From Phycisphaeraceae bacterium (GTDB taxonomy: Bacteria; Planctomycetota; Phycisphaerae; Phycisphaerales; UBA1924), in the NCBI GenBank assembly GCA_019636515.1, contig JAHBXI010000003.1, positions 641,478-705,477 of the forward strand: 64,000 bases of DNA. The letters are read 5' to 3'. The notes under the pieces were generated by a model. That model saw only the letters and a list, made by a program, of their open reading frames with translations, was not told the origin of the DNA and searched no databases. This document shows positions 58,945-64,000 of the stretch, one piece after another; position 1 is the first letter of the stretch, and the number at the start of each line of letters is the position of its first letter. A program made the translations under genes and the position numbers.

Positions 58945-58973
58945 TTGACAGCAAAGCCGGGATCGGTCATAGT
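58945..58973 (+). promoter_or_regulatory. sigma70-like promoter (TTGACA, 17-nt spacer, CATAGT) with overlapping palindrome AATGCGCGAAGTCTGTTTGCGCATT (58922-58946)
   Basis: Near-consensus -35 element with an exact 17-nt spacer. A 7-bp inverted-repeat arm pair overlaps the -35. The downstream gene has a 5'UTR of about 140 nt and an AGGAGG RBS. Confidence 0.55.
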
Positions 58974-59116
58974 GATAGTCTATTGGAGGGATGCGTTTCC
59001 GCGCGTACCTCGGTTTTTTCCCCTGCGGCACGGTTCCGCGTGCGTGTCGGGGTGTCTTGTTCGTTTCCCGGGAGTGTTTCCCGGATCGTTGTTTTGATTC
59101 CTATAGGAGGACAGAC

Positions 59117-59857
59117 ATGAAGACGTTGATTTGCGCGGCGGCGTTGGCCGTTGCGGCGGGCGCTGCGTCCGCGAGCATCCAGGGCGAGACGGCCCAGTTC
59201 GCCGGTTTCTACACGGTGGACTACCGGACGGGCGTGACGACGTTCAGCGATGCGTCGAACTCGACCCGTGCGACGACGATCTACTCGAACACGGCGAGCG
59301 CCCCGAATTTCGGCGTTTCGTCGACGGACCTGAACTCGACGTGGGGTGACAAGGTGACGACGACGGGGACCGGCGGTCCGGTGACGTCGCAGCAGTACAC
59401 GCTGTTCAACAGCGGTACGAGCCTGGGCACCCTTCTGACGGCGACGGTGGACCTGCTGTACTTCGACGGCGGCACCAACGCGTTCATCAACGGGTTCTCC
59501 GGCAACATCAACTTTGGTCCCGGCGGTCTGGCGGCCGGCTTCTTCTCGATCATTACGTTCACGGGACTTGACGGCCTGAACATGAACCTGCCGACGACGA
59601 ACATCATCATGACCCAGAAGGTCACGGCGAAGACCGGCCTGGCCAACCGCCTGGGCATCGCTTCGCTGAATCCGGTGAACATCGGCAGCAGCGGCGACGA
59701 GATGTACATCGATTCGACGACGATCGGTCCCGCGGGCTACTACACGTTCGCCAACGGCCCGGCGCAACCCGGCTACCAGATTGACCTTGTCCCCGCCCCC
59801 GGCGCGCTGGCGCTGATGGGCCTGGGCGGGCTGATGGCCTCGCGTCGTCGCCGCTGA
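59117..59857 (+). CDS. PEP-CTERM sorting domain protein
   Basis: Signal peptide; C-terminal VPAPGALALMGLGGLMASRRRR; AGGAGG RBS. Confidence 0.85.
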   Translation: MKTLICAAALAVAAGAASASIQGETAQFAGFYTVDYRTGVTTFSDASNSTRATTIYSNTASAPNFGVSSTDLNSTWGDKVTTTGTGGPVTSQQYTLFNSGTSLGTLLTATVDLLYFDGGTNAFINGFSGNINFGPGGLAAGFFSIITFTGLDGLNMNLPTTNIIMTQKVTAKTGLANRLGIASLNPVNIGSSGDEMYIDSTTIGPAGYYTFANGPAQPGYQIDLVPAPGALALMGLGGLMASRRRR

Positions 59858-59917
59858 TCGGCAATGTCTGTAACGACTCCTGTTCGCTCCAGGTGAAAGA
59901 GCGTGCCTGACCCACTC

Positions 59918-59950
59918 GGACCCCGCTTGTCGCGGGGTCCGATCTTTTTT
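59918..59950 (+). terminator. rho-independent terminator
   Basis: GGACCCCGC-TTGT-CGCGGGGTCC perfect hairpin followed by T6. Confidence 0.8.
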
Positions 59951-60002
59951 GGAGCGTGCCGGCATTCAAGTGGGCGTGTGGGTGCGTGCCCGGTGGCGGT
60001 CA

Positions 60003-60509
60003 TCATCGCCGTGGATGGTGTCCCAGCGCGGCCCTCTGGTGGTTCCACCACGCCAGGGCGGGGGGGTGTCGGGCGACAAAGCGGGTGAGTTGGGTGGGAG
60101 AGACTCCCAGGCGCGTGGCGGCGAGGCGATGGTCGTAGCGGGTGGCGTGGGCCATGTCGAGGGCCTCGGCGATCATGGCGGGGAAATCGCGGTGGTCGGT
60201 GGAGCAGACGATCCTTCGGGCGGGGGTTCGGCGTATCCAGAGTTCGGAGCGTGCCTCGCCCAGCGGCACGGGCGTGCGCACGTGAACGGCGAGCACGAGG
60301 CGGAGACGGGTGATGGCGACCTGCTTGTTCTCGATCGCGCGGCGTCGTTCCCCGGCGTGGGCGCTCAGGCCCGTGGGCTGGTGGGTGATGGTGACGAGGG
60401 TCTCGACCTTGTTTCGGTGCTGCCCCCCCGGCCCGCCGGAGCGGGATTTTTCCAGGCGGCACTGGTCCAGGAGGGCCTGGTCGTCAAGCGCGGCGGGGTG
60501 GTGGGTCAC
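60003..60509 (-). CDS. RF-1 domain (GGQ) protein, ArfB/peptidyl-tRNA hydrolase-like; GTG start inferred
   Basis: SGGPGGQHRNKVETLVTITH GGQ motif. The start overlaps the stop of the upstream metallopeptidase gene. Confidence 0.65.
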   Translation of the reverse strand: MTHHPAALDDQALLDQCRLEKSRSGGPGGQHRNKVETLVTITHQPTGLSAHAGERRRAIENKQVAITRLRLVLAVHVRTPVPLGEARSELWIRRTPARRIVCSTDHRDFPAMIAEALDMAHATRYDHRLAATRLGVSPTQLTRFVARHPPALAWWNHQRAALGHHPRR

Positions 60510-61438
60510 GGGAAGCCTGGTGCGTGCGTGGGCGGCGTGGCGGGCTTGAAGCGGTCGTGACCGGCGGCCAGCGACTGCTGGGCGATCTGCTCGGGGGAGA
60601 AGTTCCAGAGGGTGCGGACGAGTTCGGCGCCGCGCGGGTCGTAGGCGAGGAGTTCTTCGCGGATGAAGGGGTAGATATCGTTGCGGAGGAAGTAGGCCTC
60701 GGAGAGTTCGGCGAAGTACTCCTGGGGGCTGGTGAGCGCGTAGGCGGTCTGCCCTGGTCCGTCGGGGTTGAGGGTGTGGGCGACCTGGCGGTAGAGCGAG
60801 CCGTGTTGTTTGGCGGCCTCGAACGAATCGGCGATATCGGGGCGTGTGAATCCCAGGAGCCAGTGGTAGGCGTGGGCGAGTTCGTGGAGGACCATGGCGG
60901 GCTGTATGGAACGCCAGTCGAGGTAGTCGTCGATGCTGAGCATCTCGACGGCGCCTTCTCGGGCGCGGTCGAGTCCGTGTGCTTCGAGCCAGTCTCCGGA
61001 AGGGTGGAAGCAGGCTCCGCGGGGCGTGTAGCCGGGGATGGTGGGGGCGTCGTGGGTGATGGCGATGGGGATGGTGCGGACGGCGGAGAGGGCGGGGGCG
61101 GGGAGAGTCCTGGCGATGGTTTCGAGGTCGTGGGCCAGGGCGGTGCGCAGTCGTCCGCGTCGGTCGCCTGGGAGGCTTGCGATCGCGGGGTGCATGAGGA
61201 CGCGGAATCCGGCGATCTCGTGGGCGTGGTACTCGGCGAGCGGGGCCGGGGCGAGCGGAGCCGGGGCGAGCGGGGCCGGGGCGAGCGTGGTCTTCTGGGC
61301 GGTTGCCGGGGTTGAATGTGGTTCGGAATCGGAGGCGGCTGGCGTGGCGTGGTCCGGCGGATCGTCCGTGCGCGGGATCGGTCCGGGGACGGGGCTTGGT
61401 GTGATGAACGGCGCGAGGATGAGAAGGAGTGTCAGCAT
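60506..61438 (-). CDS. secreted HExxH zinc metallopeptidase-like protein with (APAPL)3 repeat
   Basis: HELAHAYH motif; signal peptide; an Ala-Pro repeat encoded by a 15-bp tandem DNA repeat. Confidence 0.6.
   Translation of the reverse strand: MLTLLLILAPFITPSPVPGPIPRTDDPPDHATPAASDSEPHSTPATAQKTTLAPAPLAPAPLAPAPLAEYHAHEIAGFRVLMHPAIASLPGDRRGRLRTALAHDLETIARTLPAPALSAVRTIPIAITHDAPTIPGYTPRGACFHPSGDWLEAHGLDRAREGAVEMLSIDDYLDWRSIQPAMVLHELAHAYHWLLGFTRPDIADSFEAAKQHGSLYRQVAHTLNPDGPGQTAYALTSPQEYFAELSEAYFLRNDIYPFIREELLAYDPRGAELVRTLWNFSPEQIAQQSLAAGHDRFKPATPPTHAPGFP
61236..61290. repeat. 15-bp tandem repeat (cggggcgagcggggc x about 3.5) inside a coding sequence
   Basis: Direct reading of the sequence; it encodes APAPL repeats on the minus strand. 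Confidence 0.7.
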
Positions 61439-62532
61439 GTGGCGGAGGGGTGTGCCTGGAGTGACAGGTCGGCAATGACCCCGTCGGCGTGGAGGTGGAA
61501 TGCCAGGCCGGCGATCATGGCGGCGTTGTCGATGCAGTATCGTGGCTGGGGGATGTGGAGGGCGATTGTGCGTCGTGCGGCGAGGTCCGCCAGTTCCCGG
61601 CGGAGCCTGGAGTTGGAAGCAACGCCTCCTCCGACGATCAGCCGTGCGAGTCGGCGGGCGTTGTGGCCGAGGTCTCCGGCGTCGGCGGCATCGAGGGCTC
61701 GTTCGATCTTGAAGATGACGGCGCGGACGGCGGCGCGTTGAAAACTGGCGGCCAGGTCCCGTACTCGCTCTGGGGTGAGCGGTGGCGGCGCGGGGTGTGG
61801 GAGGCGCTGGGTGGGTGAGGACGGGATGCCGCGCGCGGCGTAGAGGAGCGAGGTTTTCAGGCCGCTGAAGGAGAAGTCGAGGGAATCGGGCCCGAGTCTG
61901 GAGACGGGAAGGTCGGCGGCGCGGTCGTCGGCGTCATCGGAGGCGGCGAGCCGGTCGAGGTTCGGCCCTCCGGGGAAGGGGATTCCCAGGATGGCGGCGG
62001 CCTTGTCGTAGGCTTCTCCCAGGGCGTCGTCGATGGTGGCGCCCAGGCGGGTGATGGCGGTTGGGGAGTCCACGAGGTAGAGCGAGGTGTGCCCCCCGCT
62101 GATGACCAGTCCCAGGGCTGGGAAATGATCGGTGTGTGATGGTGGCGGTGAAGGGTCGCCGGGTTGTGTGAGTGAGGCGGCGTGCAGGTGGGCGTGGACG
62201 TGGTCAACGCCGATGAGCGGGACGCCCAGGGACCAGGCGAGGGCCTTGGCGGCGGAAACGCCGACCAGGAGCGACCCGATGAGTCCGGGTCGGTGTCCGA
62301 CGGCGACGGCGTCGATCTTGTTCCAGGGTGTTCGGGCGTCGGCGAGTGCTTCCCGGATGACGGGGGTGATCCGTTCGACGTGGGCGCGGCTGGCGAGTTC
62401 GGGGACGACGCCGGCGTACCTGGCGTGGATGTCGGTCTGCGAGGCAACGACGGATGAATGGACGACCGAGCCGTCGTCGGTGATGGCGGCGGCGGTTTCG
62501 TCGCAACTGGTTTCGATGCCCAGGATCCGCAC
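61432..62532 (-). CDS. tsaD: tRNA N6-adenosine threonylcarbamoyltransferase; GTG start inferred
   Basis: VRILGIETSCDETAAAI and the Kae1/YgjD fold. The upstream part of the ORF-track reading frame overlaps the ctpA tail and is not coding for tsaD. Confidence 0.88.
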   Translation of the reverse strand: MRILGIETSCDETAAAITDDGSVVHSSVVASQTDIHARYAGVVPELASRAHVERITPVIREALADARTPWNKIDAVAVGHRPGLIGSLLVGVSAAKALAWSLGVPLIGVDHVHAHLHAASLTQPGDPSPPPSHTDHFPALGLVISGGHTSLYLVDSPTAITRLGATIDDALGEAYDKAAAILGIPFPGGPNLDRLAASDDADDRAADLPVSRLGPDSLDFSFSGLKTSLLYAARGIPSSPTQRLPHPAPPPLTPERVRDLAASFQRAAVRAVIFKIERALDAADAGDLGHNARRLARLIVGGGVASNSRLRRELADLAARRTIALHIPQPRYCIDNAAMIAGLAFHLHADGVIADLSLQAHPSATC

Positions 62533-62575
62533 GTGCGTGATTGTACGAAGCGGGGGTGTGGGGGCGGAGGAGGGA

Positions 62576-64000
62576 TTACTTGACGGGTTCGCGGGGGGAG
62601 CGGTCGGGTCGTGGGGCGTCGGGCTTGGTCGCGTCGGGCTCGGTCGCGTCGGGCTTGGTCGCGTCGGGCTTGATTTCGTGCTTGGTCGCGGCCTCGGGGG
62701 TTGGCTCGGGGGCGGGCCGGTCTTCGATCTTTTCGACGCCGGCATCCATGAGCCAGCGTTCGAGGTTCTCGTCGGTGAGCCTGAGCGTGGTGACCAAAGC
62801 CCCGTCCTTGTCGTAGATGCGGATCTGCCCGCCGGAGAGTGTGACGCCGTCGGGTATGAGGTCGGGTCGCGGGGTGGTGGTGGCCCCTTCGGCGGCGGTG
62901 GCGAGTGCGGCGATTCGGTTGTCGATGCGTCCGAGTTCGCGGTTGATGCGGTCGCGTGTGATTTCGAGTCGCTGGAGTTCGGCGAGTGTGACGGCGGTGT
63001 GGGTGATTCCGGGCTGGCCGGTGGGTTGCCAGGAGCCGGAATCGGCGCGGACCTGGACGGCCTTGAGCGCGGCGGCGAGTTGCGGATCCTTGAGGTAGGA
63101 GACGATCCAATCGGGGTCGGACCAGTTTTTGTCGTCGTCGGCGGGATCCCTGGTTCGGATGACTTCCTCTTCTCGGCGGACGCGGAGGAGTTCGAGGAGT
63201 TCCTTGTCGGTGATGGGCACGAAGAAGCCGTCGGTGGGATCGACGCCCCATTGGGCCGAATCGTCCTTGCGGGTGATGCTTCGTCCGGAGGGGAGGTAGT
63301 AGCCCTGCTCGGTGAACTTGAGTTGCGCGCCGCGGGCGTGTCGGAGGGTCTCGACGGACTGGACGCTTCCTTTTCCGAAGGTTCGTGAGCCGACGGCGAT
63401 GGCGCGGTTGTTTTCGACCAGTGCCCCGGCGAGGACCTCGCTGGCGGAGGCGGAAGAGCCGTTGATGAGGACGGCGATGGGGTAATCGGGATGGGTTCCC
63501 GGGGCGGAGGCGCGGGTGATTTTCTCGGGGACGGCTCTTCCCCGCGTGGAGACGATGACGCCGGAGGGAAGGAAGAGGTCGGCGATGCGCTCGGCCTCGG
63601 CCAGGACGCCGCCGGGATTGCCTCGAAGGTCAAGGACAAGTCCGCGGAGTTTCCCCTTGTCGGCTCCGACGGAAGCGAGCGCCTCGGCGACTTCTTCCGC
63701 GCACCGCGGGGTGAACTGGGTGAGGCGGATGTACGCGATCGACCTGGACGTGTCGATGAGGTGATGCCAGCGGGTTCCTTCGGCTTCGTCGCGGTGGACG
63801 CCCTTGACCGAGCGGGTCTTGATCTGGTCCCGGATGATGTCGAGTGTGAACTGCTCGCCCTTGCGTTCCACGAGGAGTTTGACGGGCGTTCCGGGCTCCC
63901 CGGTCAGGATCTGGACGCACTCGACGTCGGTTTTTCCGAAAGTGGAGACCCCGTCGATCTCTCGGATGCGGTCCCCGGGCATCAGCCCGGCGCGTATGGC
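62576..64000 (-). CDS. ctpA: S41 carboxyl-terminal processing protease (CtpA/Prc-like), N-terminus beyond the window edge
   Basis: PDZ and S41 catalytic region (GSRTFGKGSVQS). C-terminal KPDAT x4 repeats. Confidence 0.8.
   Translation of the reverse strand, partial: AIRAGLMPGDRIREIDGVSTFGKTDVECVQILTGEPGTPVKLLVERKGEQFTLDIIRDQIKTRSVKGVHRDEAEGTRWHHLIDTSRSIAYIRLTQFTPRCAEEVAEALASVGADKGKLRGLVLDLRGNPGGVLAEAERIADLFLPSGVIVSTRGRAVPEKITRASAPGTHPDYPIAVLINGSSASASEVLAGALVENNRAIAVGSRTFGKGSVQSVETLRHARGAQLKFTEQGYYLPSGRSITRKDDSAQWGVDPTDGFFVPITDKELLELLRVRREEEVIRTRDPADDDKNWSDPDWIVSYLKDPQLAAALKAVQVRADSGSWQPTGQPGITHTAVTLAELQRLEITRDRINRELGRIDNRIAALATAAEGATTTPRPDLIPDGVTLSGGQIRIYDKDGALVTTLRLTDENLERWLMDAGVEKIEDRPAPEPTPEAATKHEIKPDATKPDATEPDATKPDAPRPDRSPREPVK
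62617..62676. repeat. 15-bp tandem repeat (cgtcgggcttggtcg x 4) inside the ctpA 3' end
   Basis: Direct reading of the sequence; it encodes KPDAT repeats on the minus strand. Confidence 0.7.

Noticed and set aside
60003-61475. 490-aa minus-strand ORF spanning the metallopeptidase gene
   Set aside because: Only its C-terminal about 168 aa (the GGQ protein) is plausible. The upstream part is an alternative frame of the 60506-61438 peptidase gene.
61432-63639. 735-aa ORF-track product
   Set aside because: The N-terminal half is an out-of-frame overlap with the ctpA tail region. The real tsaD starts at the GTG near 62532, by alignment to the TsaD N-terminus (VRILGIETSCDET).

Overview
This is a high-GC (about 70%) window whose gene content points to a Planctomycetota (possibly Phycisphaerae-like) chromosome. 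The taxonomic markers are a DUF1501/PSCyt-PSD1 gene pair, a DUF1559 prepilin-type protein, several PEP-CTERM proteins and two proteins with a GC-type dockerin tail. The 5' edge carries the C-terminal about 430 aa of a type V effector. By its RuvC-II, TnpB-like zinc-finger and RuvC-III (ADLNAAANIG) motifs, and a C-terminal tail that resembles the Cas12b (C2c1) C-terminus as I recall it, I call it Cas12b-like. A 14-repeat CRISPR array follows about 350 bp downstream (36-nt repeat GCCGCGGAAGCCCACGCGGCCCTGATGGATGGACAC, 13 spacers, degenerate distal repeat). No cas1/cas2/cas4 lie downstream of the array. The cas12-array spacer contains a possible anti-repeat followed by a T-run, which makes it a candidate tracrRNA. 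The remaining about 61 kb is mostly housekeeping and envelope genes: cls, nth, serC-serA, pheS, rplU, purL, gcvT, thiolase, two enoyl-CoA hydratases, nuoC, tsaD, a ctpA-like protease, a Xer recombinase, PrsW, an ECF sigma factor translationally coupled to a Ser/Thr kinase, a LuxR regulator, a flotillin, and an ABC permease with a His-rich insert next to a DUF3299 protein. Secreted or anchored proteins include three PEP-CTERM proteins, two GC-type-dockerin proteins, two zinc metalloproteases and a Cys-rich tandem-repeat lipoprotein. Several coding sequences carry short in-frame tandem DNA repeats. All coordinates were derived by hand from the ORF track and may be off by a few nt at start codons.
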